From a virus: a stretch of 38,082 nucleotides of DNA. Position numbers and translations under genes: made by a program. The stretch's first letter is position 1, and the number at the start of each line of letters is the position of its first letter. The notes beneath the pieces are model-generated. The model saw nothing but the letters and a program-made list of their open reading frames with translations, was not told where the DNA came from and did no database searches. Below are positions 9,144 to 18,439 of this stretch, in pieces. The stretch lies in IMG/VR virus record IMGVR_UViG_3300027693_000002; one strand, given 5' to 3'.

Positions 9144-9362
9144 TTAAGATTGGGAGTGGGTCTTGGGTTCTGGGAAACTGCTGTTTAGTGGGATTTCTTC
9201 GACAGATTCACACGTCATGACCACCTTCCCATCCTCACTCACATACTCCGAAGGATGATGGACAGAGGTGAGTATGATCTGTCCATCATCCAGCACCCCT
9301 TGATAGATGACTTGGTTCGGCACTGCTTTCGAGTTAGTCATGAGTGCACTTAACACCGTCAT
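9144..9362 (-). CDS. hypothetical protein (72 aa)
   Basis: Member of a minus-strand operon; overlaps the upstream gene by 4 nt. Confidence 0.4.
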   Translation of the reverse strand: MTVLSALMTNSKAVPNQVIYQGVLDDGQIILTSVHHPSEYVSEDGKVVMTCESVEEIPLNSSFPEPKTHSQS

Positions 9363-9865
9363 GACGGTTTCACTAAGAGGTAGTACTTCGCCCCTGCGGG
9401 ATCCAATCCGAGGTCAGTGAAGAGCAGAACCGCCTTCTCTAAGCCCTCGATTCGATCCGGATGCCAAAACGGGTAGAACTCCGTGCAAGTGTTCGCCCCT
9501 CCATCCACGACCGTAACCCCAAATAGCCAGTCTTCACTATCGTTCGGATCAAACCACTGCTGAGGTACTTGATGCTGACAGTTGAGAAGAGTAGATAGCG
9601 CCACGTCAATGGACATCCCATACTGAGTAGCATACTCGACTACGATTGGCGAAGGCACCATCCGATCCCGCTTTTTCACCGTTGAACCACACTGGGGACA
9701 GTAGAGCCCGCCCGGTACAACTACATGGGAAGAGTTTGACTGGCACACGGGCTCCATCCCATCAACTACTTGAAGTAGTTGATGATCGAACCGATATCCG
9801 TAAATGACTTTCCCATTGGCTTTGAACTCATAGACCATCGTAATAGCCAATTCTATACCACCCAT
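9359..9865 (-). CDS. hypothetical protein with a CxxC pair (168 aa)
   Basis: ORF; 4-nt overlap with its neighbour. Confidence 0.5.
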   Translation of the reverse strand: MGGIELAITMVYEFKANGKVIYGYRFDHQLLQVVDGMEPVCQSNSSHVVVPGGLYCPQCGSTVKKRDRMVPSPIVVEYATQYGMSIDVALSTLLNCQHQVPQQWFDPNDSEDWLFGVTVVDGGANTCTEFYPFWHPDRIEGLEKAVLLFTDLGLDPAGAKYYLLVKPS

Positions 9866-10209
9866 GGCCGCTTGTATCGACTTAAAACAGGAACTTTTGA
9901 GGGCTCTGTAGGCCGAGGGTCGTCAAGCTCCCAGTTCAGGTAGGCCGTCAGCCGCTCCCGTACGTCCCGCCTCTGAACCACACCCGTCAGAGGTGTGCCC
10001 ATAAGTCGTGCCTCGTCCAGCTCCCGAAGCGCCAGTAACCCACACGTCCAAAACACCTCGCAGGTCGGACACATGTACCCAAGCATCTGCCTCATTGGGT
10101 CGTCCGCCGGCTGAACTCGATGCCCATGCTCATGGACGTGAGCCCGGATGTCCCGTACCATCCGCACTGGATCCCTGTAGTTTGCCACCATGACACTCGA
10201 TAACCTCAT
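9853..10209 (-). CDS. hypothetical His-rich protein (118 aa). The start may be an internal ATG.
   Basis: ORF in the operon. It overlaps 10130..10426 (-), so one of the two starts is probably wrong. Confidence 0.35.
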   Translation of the reverse strand: MRLSSVMVANYRDPVRMVRDIRAHVHEHGHRVQPADDPMRQMLGYMCPTCEVFWTCGLLALRELDEARLMGTPLTGVVQRRDVRERLTAYLNWELDDPRPTEPSKVPVLSRYKRPWVV

Positions 10210-10426
10210 CCAAAGACTTCAAACCATACGAGAATCCAACCCAGGTGACCTGGAGGTCTTCTACCTCGTCCACATAGACGCTCCGCCCTTCATCATAGAC
10301 AAGGTTGAACCAACCAAGGCCGACATTACTGGCGAAGACTTCGGCTACGAAGAAGGTCAGCCCTATATCCTGATCTCCAATGACGAAGTATGACCACGTT
10401 CTTCCGCTTCCAGGCCTCCCCATCAA
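10130..10426 (-). CDS. hypothetical protein (98 aa)
   Basis: ORF in the minus-strand operon. It competes with the plus-strand ORF 10190..10393. Confidence 0.3.
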   Translation of the reverse strand: MMGRPGSGRTWSYFVIGDQDIGLTFFVAEVFASNVGLGWFNLVYDEGRSVYVDEVEDLQVTWVGFSYGLKSLDEVIECHGGKLQGSSADGTGHPGSRP

Positions 10427-10514
10427 AGAAGTCAGACGTTGATCCCCCTAACAGGGGAAGCCTTCGAGTACTTCCCCTGAGACTCCCAACCTTCCCTCGG
10501 TGCTCGCCCCCTTG

Positions 10515-10799
10515 TCAAACGTGACTTGGTTGAAGGTCAACCTCAGTTACCTCAAGCTCAGGGTAATCGTCAAGGAACCGCTGAACCAAGACTATCAGGT
10601 TCGCCTTGGCCTCCTCCCGAGTATCACCCTCAGCTCGAAAAGGTTCTTCGCCCTGAAGCCCAAACGGAACAGTCATCGCTAAGTAGCGCTTCTTACTTGT
10701 TGAAGGGTAACAACACAGCCTTTGAGCCTGGTTGTAGGTTACGATTTGAAACTTCACGGCTACCTCGCTTCTTTTGTACAAACAAACTCCAAGGGGCAT
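10515..10799 (-). CDS. hypothetical protein (94 aa)
   Basis: ORF in the minus-strand operon. Confidence 0.4.
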   Translation of the reverse strand: MPLGVCLYKRSEVAVKFQIVTYNQAQRLCCYPSTSKKRYLAMTVPFGLQGEEPFRAEGDTREEAKANLIVLVQRFLDDYPELEVTEVDLQPSHV

Positions 10800-10815
10800 G
10801 AGAAAGGTCCAAACT

Positions 10816-11289
10816 TCACGACTTCCCCTTGCGAACTAAGCTCAGATCCGGCCTGCTGAAGAGAGAACGAAGATCATCTGCCCGAGCCCTCAGCTCTGCA
10901 AACCACTCGGGCGAGCGCCCCTTACCCAAACGGTCCCACACAAGTGAAAGGCTCGCTTGCCAAGCTGCATCCTTCGACCACGTTATCGAAGACTCCAACT
11001 CCAAAGGTGTTGCCACTTGACACCAGACTTCCTTGTCCCGGACAACTTGGACAAGAACAGAGTCACCGCCGGCTACCTCGATTGCCCGATTCGCTACCCT
11101 GAGTATGAACTGGTGGTAAGCCGCACTCTTAGGGTAGACTCGAACAAGTAACCAAAGAAGCCATGACCCATTCTCACATCGCTCCCACGCCTCTTGAAGT
11201 GTCGTCCCCAAAGGTAACCCGCTCAACCAATCAAGAGATGAATCACAAGCCCCACGTTTCTCCAGTAGCTCAATCACTTCGTCCATCAT
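10816..11289 (-). CDS. hypothetical protein (157 aa)
   Basis: ORF; 4-nt overlap with the downstream gene. Confidence 0.5.
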   Translation of the reverse strand: MMDEVIELLEKRGACDSSLDWLSGLPLGTTLQEAWERCENGSWLLWLLVRVYPKSAAYHQFILRVANRAIEVAGGDSVLVQVVRDKEVWCQVATPLELESSITWSKDAAWQASLSLVWDRLGKGRSPEWFAELRARADDLRSLFSRPDLSLVRKGKS

Positions 11290-11504
11290 AGCCTCTCAAC
11301 AGATACAGGCGGTCCAAGAGATTCACCACCACCTACGACAAACTTCTCAACCAACAAGTTGGACGCCTCCCCATAGGCTACGTCATTGACATCCTCCCCA
11401 CCCTCGACCGAGACCTCAACAATGACCTGGCTACCCGTAACCCGCTCACCAGAAGAGGATAGAAAGACGTTGTACGTTACTCGGTACATCATTACGACCA
11501 CCAC
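11286..11504 (-). CDS. hypothetical protein (72 aa)
   Basis: Coupled by an overlap. Confidence 0.4.
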   Translation of the reverse strand: MVVVMMYRVTYNVFLSSSGERVTGSQVIVEVSVEGGEDVNDVAYGEASNLLVEKFVVGGGESLGPPVSVERL

Positions 11505-11914
11505 CCCCGATTATTCAGCGCTACAATGTCCGAGTAGAGAGCTTTCACGTTCTCAACCGAGATCCCATACTTGGCCGACAGTGCAGCCATTCGAGCACGG
11601 TATCTCTCGGTCCGCTCCATACCCTCGGCAAAGCTCTGTGCAGCGTTCGCGTCCCGAATCTCTTTGGCTCGCCTCCAATGAGAGCGGGTCTCGTGCTCAA
11701 GACAGTCCAGTAGAACAGCCCCGCACCCCGACATCGAACCGTCAAGCTTCAAACACGTAATCGATGCATGGGTAGAGGTCAAGGATTCAATGACTCCTAC
11801 CTCGCCAACAATGTGAACCATCATATCCTTCGGTTGACGTGCTACGAGAACGATGTCTCCAAGGGCAAATGCTGTCATACGCCTATGTGTACTAAAACGC
11901 GTAGGCAAACGCAA
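11492..11914 (-). CDS. hypothetical protein (140 aa)
   Basis: ORF. Confidence 0.5.
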   Translation of the reverse strand: MRLPTRFSTHRRMTAFALGDIVLVARQPKDMMVHIVGEVGVIESLTSTHASITCLKLDGSMSGCGAVLLDCLEHETRSHWRRAKEIRDANAAQSFAEGMERTERYRARMAALSAKYGISVENVKALYSDIVALNNRGWWS

Positions 11915-12253
11915 GCTTTTGGTTTACTGTCCCGCCATCGAAGGACAAAGACTCGGCCAGAATAGCACAGTCGGTTTCTACTTCGCCTACGGACACGCCC
12001 TAGGCCAACCCTCAAGATAGAACACCTCCCCATAAGCCACCACCAAGCCTAGAGAGTCTTGGAACACCAATACCAACCGCAGCACTGTCGTTGGTATAGA
12101 CGATGACCTGTGGCACCTCAACCCTAAGCAATACCCCTCAAGCTCGGTACCCTTCAGTTCCCCGATGCCTTCAAGTGGCAACCCACCAAGAAGACCCCCT
12201 CGACCGTAATGGAGCCACATGACATCTCAGCCAGCTAGAACATCGTCAGTAGC

Positions 12254-12622
12254 TCAACCCCTACCCAACACGTCATCAAGTATCACCCGCATCTCGTCAT
12301 CCGTAATGAGAGAGGCTCCAACCCCAACAGGTGAACCTTGAGTGCCCTCGTCAACTGGTCGCTCAGACTCTGAAGTTGACTCCCCTACTTCAGGCTCGAT
12401 AACTGGTTCAGGTCCCACCTCAGGCTCAGGTGAGATGGACTCAGATGACAACCCATCAGGCTTGTACCCAGCCCTCTCATTGAGTGACTCCCGTATCCAA
12501 GTCGATAGGCGCTTCCCACTCTCACTGGCGCGAAGCGCCCATGACCGTGCTTTCCCATCCCTTGCCCGAATGAGTATAGTTTTCGTGTAGTTCTTGACGG
12601 CCATGCTCGAATAAGCCGTCAT
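12254..12622 (-). CDS. ribbon-helix-helix (CopG/Arc/ParG-like) DNA-binding protein candidate with an acidic PE-rich tail
   Basis: The N-terminal KNYTKTILIRARDGKARSWALRASESGKRLSTWIRESLNERA fits the RHH beta-alpha-alpha pattern. It is the first gene of the minus-strand operon and sits directly beside the iteron array. Confidence 0.45.
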   Translation of the reverse strand: MTAYSSMAVKNYTKTILIRARDGKARSWALRASESGKRLSTWIRESLNERAGYKPDGLSSESISPEPEVGPEPVIEPEVGESTSESERPVDEGTQGSPVGVGASLITDDEMRVILDDVLGRG

Positions 12623-12639
12623 ACACCGCAGCTTTGAAC

Positions 12640-12835
12640 TTGTATATCACTTTCCTTTCCGGCTCTTGGGTCAGTGATATACAAATTATCCCGGCTCTTG
12701 GGTCAGTGATATACAAGCCCATTGGCCTGCGAAGCCTGCCCGTGGGCTTGTATATCACTTTGGTTCTTGGTTCGGTTTTGTATATCACTCGGCCTACGGG
12801 CTCGTATAGCACCGACCGACCGTTTTGTATATCAC
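12640..12835. repeat. iteron array: 7 copies of TTGTATATCAC (4-5 direct, 2 inverted, 1 degenerate) spaced 23-42 bp
   Basis: Copies at 12640-12650 (direct), 12674-12684 (inverted), 12706-12716 (inverted), 12748-12758, 12778-12788, 12802-12812 (degenerate) and 12825-12835. The array overlaps the likely promoter region of the RHH gene. Confidence 0.8.
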
Positions 12836-12968
12836 CAGACCTCCCGAATATCAAACCCACCTGATCTAAAATTCCAAATAAACGCGACAAACGGCAAAAC
12901 ACTATACAAATCACGGCACTTTCGTGCAATTGACTTGTGCAGTGTTTTTACTACACATTTGAAAACAG

Positions 12969-13065
12969 CACACAGTTTCCCTGCAGAACTGTGTGTTTTA
13001 CACAACCCCCAGTTGTGTTGTGAGGTTTCCTACACACATCCGACGATGCGCCTTCGGCGCATCGT
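12969..13065. other. cluster of inverted repeats and GC hairpins
   Basis: CACACAGTT...AACTGTGTG at 12969-12995 and ACACAAC...GTTGTGT at 13000-13018. A 10-bp stem hairpin with a tight loop at 13043-13065 has the core TGCGCCTTCGGCGCA. The same 15-mer recurs near 31366. Confidence 0.6.
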
Positions 13066-13224
13066 GATTTACTGTGAAAGTAGTAGGTGTCGGATAACCA
13101 CACCAGAACAGGCGCTTCGCGCAAGTGTAGGTAGGGTAGTCCTATAAGATATGAGGTAGTGTTTGTCATACGTCTATACCTATGTAGGCGAGGGTATGAT
13201 TAGCTATGGTAGGTACGAAAGATA

Positions 13225-13300
13225 AGGTAGCCTACACGTAAGTGACGAGCGCGCTCGAATCAATAGTAACGAGCGTGGTTCTTGCCTACGTGTAGTTGTA
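13225..13300. repeat. R1 inverted-repeat element, copy 1 (GCCTACACGTAAGT ... CGAATCAATAGTAACGA ... CTACGTGTAGT)
   Basis: 10-bp terminal inverted repeats, CTACACGTAG / CTACGTGTAG. Homologous copies lie at 18103-18178 and 27825-27900. Confidence 0.65.
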
Positions 13301-13365
13301 AGAACCGTAGGAACCCGTACCCTCATGGGGTAGTCCTCTACTTACATAGATAGAGTAGAAAGAAG

Positions 13366-13399
13366 TTGAGAGTTCGGGTGCTCGTGCGTAATAGAGGGC
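13366..13399 (+). promoter_or_regulatory. consensus leaderless promoter
   Basis: TTGAGA, a 14-nt spacer, GCGTAATA (13386-13393), gagggc, then ATG at 13400. Confidence 0.65.
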
Positions 13400-13954
13400 A
13401 TGAGCCAAACCGAACGAAATGGGGTCGTTCTTACGAGTGGACTTCTTGAGGGGTGGGAGGTTTCCAACCTCATCCCGAGTGAACAACTTCCAATGGAGGC
13501 GCTGAAGGTGTTCGAAGCCCCGATTTCCTCTGAGAACAAGATAGGGCTTCTCCTACGTGAAGAGATTCTTGGGGGAAGGGGGATGGTCTACGTGGCGGCT
13601 AGGGCTGCGCGCCGAGCCTGCACAGAGACAGGTTGGGACCATCCTGCTACCCTTCGAGCTCTCGACCTATGCGACCGTTACGCTGAGGGGGAAGAGATCT
13701 CAGCTAAAGCGCTAGGGGCAGCTGCTTTGGCTGTTTCTGAGGCTCCTTCAATGGCTGATGATGCCCCTTCAATGGATGCTTGGGAGGCTGCTCATGGGGC
13801 TGCTCGAGTTGCTTGGGCTGTTGCCGTTGATACTAGTGCCCGGACTAGGGCACTAACAGTTATTCGAACGGCTGTTAGTGCTGTCCCTAGTGAGAAGGAA
13901 GAGAGAAAAGCCCAACTCGCCGATTGTCGGGAGTGGCTTACGAGACGGGCCTAA
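13400..13954 (+). CDS. family A small protein (184 aa), paralogous to 17189..17803
   Basis: Promoter motif. The paralogue shares ...REEILGGRGMVYVAARAARRACTETGWDHPATLRALDLCDRY... Confidence 0.7.
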   Translation: MSQTERNGVVLTSGLLEGWEVSNLIPSEQLPMEALKVFEAPISSENKIGLLLREEILGGRGMVYVAARAARRACTETGWDHPATLRALDLCDRYAEGEEISAKALGAAALAVSEAPSMADDAPSMDAWEAAHGAARVAWAVAVDTSARTRALTVIRTAVSAVPSEKEERKAQLADCREWLTRRA

Positions 13955-13963
13955 GGAATTTGG

Positions 13964-13999
13964 TTGAGTTCTCTAGGCGCCCATGCGTAATAGGGTGGC
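13964..13999 (+). promoter_or_regulatory. consensus leaderless promoter
   Basis: TTGAGT (13964-13969), 15-nt spacer, GCGTAATA (13985-13992), then ATG at 14000. Confidence 0.65.
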
Positions 14000-14356
14000 A
14001 TGAGCAAAGTCGAACGAGAAGCTGTCATCCTGAACACGGTTCCTGGTTCGAAGTGGTATCAGTGCGTGAATAGCAAGTGGGTAGTGGGCTTGGTCGAGAG
14101 GGTAACCAAGACTACGATCTACCTCGAAGGGGGGACTCGCATCTCGAAGAGGAACTGTCGTGACCAAGATGGTTGGGCTTGGTATCCACCCACTCAGAAC
14201 ATCGTCAAGCAGTTCGAGGACTTTGAGGTCGCCAGGGTTGCTTACGAGGCGGCCGTAGAGAAGCTTCGAGAGGCAGCTCAGCGTGCTACGCCTGCTCAAC
14301 TTCTCAAGCTAGCCACTCAGCTAGAGAGCCTCATTGACCTGTCGGAGATTCACTGA
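14000..14356 (+). CDS. family B small protein (118 aa), with paralogues at 15380 and 16333
   Basis: Shared ...NTVPGSKWYQC...W...VTKTT...GG..ISK..CRD..G..W.PPTQ...; promoter motif upstream. Confidence 0.75.
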   Translation: MSKVEREAVILNTVPGSKWYQCVNSKWVVGLVERVTKTTIYLEGGTRISKRNCRDQDGWAWYPPTQNIVKQFEDFEVARVAYEAAVEKLREAAQRATPAQLLKLATQLESLIDLSEIH

Positions 14357-14401
14357 CCGCTCGTACTAGGAGGCCCGAGAAATTGACCTCGGGTATGGGA
14401 C

Positions 14402-15196
14402 ATGAAAAAGCCAATTGAATTGATCGTTCGGGGTTCTGTTGAGATTTCATCCTTCCAATTCAGCCTTGAGGCCACAGAAAATGTGGTGTGGCTGTCACGT
14501 ACGATGCGTGGCGTAGTCTCCGGGCTACTAGGCGTGTCGACGGGCGACATTGACGTCGTTGTCGTTGACGATTTCTTTTCTGGTCGAGGCCGATGGGGCC
14601 AGGTTTTGGAGATCTCAAACAAGACTGGTAAGTTCGACGGGACTCGGCGGATTCGGATGCTATTTCGCCTGCTCCCAGAAGAGCAAGCTCGCGATTTGAG
14701 GCCAATTAGCCTTGAGGTATCGGCTGATGAGACAGTTCCCTGTACGGTCATGGTGAGTGACCGGTTCGCCGGCAAGGAATTGCTATGGTCGCAGTCTTTT
14801 GTTCGCTACTCACATCGATTGTCTGACCCGGTACGGGCCGCAGATATCCTGACATGGCACTGGACGCGCTACTACCGTTTCCTACCGTGGTGTGATGTCG
14901 AGGATTTGGCACGCGACTTCGGGACTGCGGCGATTGGACTCACTCTGAGTGAGGCGAATCGCCTTGCTTCAAGGCAGCTCTACCAGAGGGCTAGAGAACA
15001 GGGTTGGAGGAAGTTGACTCTACGAGAGCAATCCCGGTGGCAGCTCCGTGGTCAGTGGCATCGCGACGAGGATTGCGTCACAGCTCGCGCCAAGCTTGGT
15101 GCACCCAACGGGGCGTCCGAAGCCTCGAATAGGGCCTCGCGTGCCAATGGTAAGCTTGACGACTACGAGTACTTGGCCGAGCAAATGGAGATCTAG
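14402..15196 (+). CDS. hypothetical protein (264 aa)
   Basis: Long ORF. The upstream signal is non-consensus (TTGACC ... TATGGGAC). Confidence 0.55.
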   Translation: MKKPIELIVRGSVEISSFQFSLEATENVVWLSRTMRGVVSGLLGVSTGDIDVVVVDDFFSGRGRWGQVLEISNKTGKFDGTRRIRMLFRLLPEEQARDLRPISLEVSADETVPCTVMVSDRFAGKELLWSQSFVRYSHRLSDPVRAADILTWHWTRYYRFLPWCDVEDLARDFGTAAIGLTLSEANRLASRQLYQRAREQGWRKLTLREQSRWQLRGQWHRDEDCVTARAKLGAPNGASEASNRASRANGKLDDYEYLAEQMEI

Positions 15197-15343
15197 AAGT
15201 TGACTCCAAACCCAGCTTAAGTTTCATAGAATGGGGAGCCAAGCACTGGGTTCCGGATGGGGTACTTGATGTTGGCCGACTTCCCAGTACCCCAGCCAAA
15301 GCTAGTTTCTTGGGGGTACCACAGGCGAACGCTATAGATTTTG

Positions 15344-15379
15344 GTTATGGGTTCGCAGGGGGCAAGCGTAATAGAGAAC
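15344..15379 (+). promoter_or_regulatory. consensus leaderless promoter (weak -35, GTTATG)
   Basis: GCGTAATA at 15366-15373, gagaac, then ATG at 15380. Confidence 0.55.
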
Positions 15380-15751
15380 ATGAACGCAGTTGATCGCGAA
15401 GAGGCCATTCGAAATACGGTACCTGGTTCAAAGTGGTATCAGTGCATCCATGGTAAGTGGCATGCGGTTGAGGTCAAGAAGGTAACCAAGACTACGGTTG
15501 TGCTTCTGGGGGGCACTTGCATCTCGAAGGCAACCTGTCGTGATCATGCTGGGCGGATCTGGTTTCCACCCACTCAGGACCTAGTTCTGGAGGTCATGGC
15601 GAAGAAGGACGCGATGACCTCTTACCTGGCAGCTCTAGAGAAGCTTCGAGCTATTGCTCAGTGGACTACAGCTGACCAGCTCCGGCAACTAGTCACCCAG
15701 ATGGAGAGCCTCATTGACCTCGTCACCGTCAATAGGGGCATAGGCCGGTGA
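15380..15751 (+). CDS. family B small protein (123 aa). The start is placed at the internal ATG defined by the promoter geometry and the paralogue N-termini.
   Basis: MNAVDREEAIRNTVPGSKWYQC... aligns with the family B N-termini. The track ORF begins 39 nt upstream, inside the promoter. Confidence 0.7.
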   Translation: MNAVDREEAIRNTVPGSKWYQCIHGKWHAVEVKKVTKTTVVLLGGTCISKATCRDHAGRIWFPPTQDLVLEVMAKKDAMTSYLAALEKLRAIAQWTTADQLRQLVTQMESLIDLVTVNRGIGR

Positions 15752-16201
15752 AGGTGGTAGGGGACTTTTGAGCTCCCTGCGTTTGAGTTCTGGGCCGGGG
15801 GCGTAGGTGATCATTCCGCGATACTGGGTAATGACAACGACGTCTTCGAGCTGGAATCCGGCGGACTTGACGTTACGTTGGATTCCGCCGTTGAGGACTC
15901 CGGTGAACCAGTTTGGTTTCTGCTTGAACTGGTCAGCGATCATCCTAGCGGAGAGACCATTTGGGGGGCCGGTCTTGATGAACTGGAGGACCTTCTTGGG
16001 GTTCGGCTTCAAGGCGGAGAGGAGTTTCATCCACGCCGTATCCCGGTCGAGGCGTGCCACTACCGGGATACGTGCTACGGGCTTTGGTTCATCCGCGACT
16101 GCCTGAAGGGTTGGGTTGAAGCCGTTCTCCTGAAGGAAGACGAGGGCCTTGATGAGGGCTTGATCGTCCTCGGTCTCGAATTGTACGAGAAATCTCGTCA
16201 T
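15689..16201 (-). CDS. hypothetical protein (170 aa) on the minus strand between plus-strand genes
   Basis: ATG start with AAGG about 9 nt upstream; natural-looking composition. It overlaps the 3' end of the 15380 gene by 63 nt. A competing plus-strand ORF 15878..16309 has a TTG start. Confidence 0.45.
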   Translation of the reverse strand: MTRFLVQFETEDDQALIKALVFLQENGFNPTLQAVADEPKPVARIPVVARLDRDTAWMKLLSALKPNPKKVLQFIKTGPPNGLSARMIADQFKQKPNWFTGVLNGGIQRNVKSAGFQLEDVVVITQYRGMITYAPGPELKRRELKSPLPPSPAYAPIDGDEVNEALHLGD

Positions 16202-16297
16202 AGGGGGCGCCTTAGTGGTACTGTAGTCAAGGCGTCATGCAAGAGGTTTTTGAGTAGGGGGACTTTTGAGTCAGAGGTTGAGTCTGCCTCAAAAGTC

Positions 16298-16332
16298 TCT
16301 CAGGACTAGGGCACAGGTGGTGTGTAGTAGGT
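16298..16332 (+). promoter_or_regulatory. degenerate promoter variant (…GTGTAGTAggtATG)
   Basis: A GTAGTA box ends 3 nt before the ATG at 16333. The -35 is unclear. Confidence 0.3.
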
Positions 16333-16701
16333 ATGAGCAACGCTATTCTTGAGGAAGCCGTTCGAAATACGGTCGCTGGGTCGAAGTGGTACCACCAAGT
16401 GGGTCGTAGTTGGCGTGAGGTCACTGTTGAGCGGGTAACCAAGACAATGGTCATTCTTACCAGTGGGGTACGAATCCCGAAGAAAACTCGTTGGGCTGAC
16501 GGGCACATATGGTTCCCACCCACCCCTGAGATGGTGGCGCTCTATGAGGCCCAGGATGCTCAAGAGATGGCTCATATCTTATACGTAGTAGCCTTAGAGA
16601 GGCTCCAGGCGTTGGCTCGGAAGTTTACGACCAACCAACTACGTCAGTTGGCCACTCAGATGGAGAGAGCCATCAAAGAGGTGGGAGACTCGCAGGGGTA
16701 A
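16333..16701 (+). CDS. family B small protein (122 aa)
   Basis: Paralogue of 14000 and 15380. Confidence 0.7.
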   Translation: MSNAILEEAVRNTVAGSKWYHQVGRSWREVTVERVTKTMVILTSGVRIPKKTRWADGHIWFPPTPEMVALYEAQDAQEMAHILYVVALERLQALARKFTTNQLRQLATQMERAIKEVGDSQG

Positions 16702-16856
16702 TCGAACCACTTCGGCCTGCTGTAAAAAGGTTGACTACCGGGGTGGGGGTGGAGTACTTTCCCGTTTGGCCTGAGCGTGGTTCTCCAATCATCTTCCACG
16801 TACGGGCTAGGCCGGGCCAGTTCTCCTTGTGTGCGGAGGATTGGCTCGGTCTTCTT

Positions 16857-17147
16857 TTATGGGGACCTCAAAGAGCCGGGTGGCTCGGGCAAATACATCC
16901 AATGGGTCACTAGCTCGGACTTGGAAAAGCGTACCCAATAGCCAGCATCCGATTCCACTAACCAATGAGACGTGCGATCGTACTTTGCAACGAGGAGTGC
17001 GTCCCAGCTATGCACTTCGCCGCTCGGGTATCGATCTACACGATGGTAGACGAGTAGTGGTTCATCGACTGGGGGATGGCATTCAGTGACCGGTACCCAG
17101 CCTTTCCTTTCGGGTTCAGGCTTCTCTTTCATGGGGCAAAAGTACAC
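16857..17147 (-). CDS. hypothetical protein (96 aa), minus strand
   Basis: ATG-start ORF with reasonable composition, sitting between plus-strand genes. Confidence 0.35.
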   Translation of the reverse strand: MYFCPMKEKPEPERKGWVPVTECHPPVDEPLLVYHRVDRYPSGEVHSWDALLVAKYDRTSHWLVESDAGYWVRFSKSELVTHWMYLPEPPGSLRSP

Positions 17148-17150
17148 CAG

Positions 17151-17188
17151 TTGACTTTTGGAGGTGATCCACGGATAATGAGGGTGGT
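17151..17188 (+). promoter_or_regulatory. promoter variant (TTGACT-N16-GGATAATG-N8-ATG)
   Basis: TTGACT at 17151-17156 and GGATAATG at 17173-17180. Confidence 0.45.
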
Positions 17189-17803
17189 ATGATCACCATT
17201 ACGAAAGAACTCCTTGAGAGTTGGGAGCCTTCCGACCTTATCCCAGACGAACTACTCCCGATGGGAGTGATGGAGTTGTTTGAAGCATCGATTCCGTCTA
17301 ATGCTAAAGTAGGGGTACTCCTACATGAAGAGATTCTTGGGCGGAGGGGAATGGTCTATGTAGTGGCTCGGGTTGCACGCCGAGGCTGTACGAAGACAGG
17401 TTGGTTCCATCCTGATACCCTTCGAGCTTTAGATCTGTGTGACCGATTTGTTAACGGGGAAGCGGTCTCAAAGGAAGAACTAGAAAGGGCTGCTAAGGCT
17501 GCTTGGGAGGTTCTGTCTGAGGATGCTCCTTCAATGCCTGCTTGGAGGACTGCTCATAGAGCTGCTCGGGTTGCTCAGGCTGCTGCTTGGGCTGCTTCTG
17601 TTATGACTACTTTGGCTAATGCTCAGGCTGCTGCTAGGGCTGCTACGACTTGGGCTGCTCGAGCAGCCACTTCTAGTGCTAAAAGTGCTAAAGAGAGAAG
17701 AGCTCAACTTACTGATTGCCAAGATTGGCTTCTAAGGAATTCCCCACAAGAAAGGGCTCCCGTACTTACTCGGTACCAGCGGATAATGAGGTCGTTGTGC
17801 TAA
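17189..17803 (+). CDS. family A small protein (204 aa) with an Ala-rich repetitive C-terminus
   Basis: Paralogue of 13400..13954. Confidence 0.7.
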   Translation: MITITKELLESWEPSDLIPDELLPMGVMELFEASIPSNAKVGVLLHEEILGRRGMVYVVARVARRGCTKTGWFHPDTLRALDLCDRFVNGEAVSKEELERAAKAAWEVLSEDAPSMPAWRTAHRAARVAQAAAWAASVMTTLANAQAAARAATTWAARAATSSAKSAKERRAQLTDCQDWLLRNSPQERAPVLTRYQRIMRSLC

Positions 17804-18102
17804 CCCTGGGGGAGGGTTAATGCGCCGTAGGGGGGAATGCCTTGGTCCAGTTCCGGATTTTGAGTTTGACGCTGACCTGTAAGATAGGTTGCCGGTAAGG
17901 TTACGAGCAGTGCATCAAGACTCGAGGGTGGTGGGGAGCCAGGGTCACTCTCGTTTATGACCAGAACAATGGGGGTGGCCTGGATAGTTAGTAGATTGCT
18001 TACAGGTAGGTAAGCTCTTGGCTCATTCCTATAGTTACCAGCGTATTGAGTAACTACATGTAAGCTAGTCCCTTGTTCGAGCTTATAAGCTCGAGCCTCT
18101 TG

Positions 18103-18178
18103 ATTGCCTACACGTAGTTTTAGAGCATGTTCGTAGCAATAGTAATGAGCCAATCATAAAACTACGTGTAGTTACATA
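18103..18178. repeat. R1 inverted-repeat element, copy 2
   Basis: GCCTACACGTAGT...CGTAGCAATAGTAATGAG...CTACGTGTAGT. Confidence 0.6.
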
Positions 18179-18404
18179 CTTTCTGGTTGAGAGTCCGCTT
18201 TTTGGTACATACTACGACTCATGTCATCAGTTGAGGGGAAAGTCGCACACTTTTTGAGAGCCGTAAGGCTCGGTTTGGTGAAAGACGTTCCACCGGATGC
18301 TGTCACATGTGAGTTCCATACAAAACTCACATGTGACAGCATCCGGGCTGCCACGTGTGGGGATAGGATTCTCGTAGAAAGGCAGGAACGCCGTCGAAGT
18401 TTGG

Positions 18405-18439
18405 TTGAGTTTGGCAAGACTGGCACGTAATACTAGGGC
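18405..18439 (+). promoter_or_regulatory. consensus leaderless promoter (TTGAGT-N14-CACGTAATA-N7-ATG)
   Basis: TTGAGT at 18405-18410, then ATG at 18440. Confidence 0.6.

Noticed and set aside
10190-10393. 67-aa plus-strand ORF with a plausible acidic composition
   Set aside because: It lies inside a contiguous minus-strand operon with overlap-coupled genes and has no start signal. It is probably antisense noise, though not excluded.
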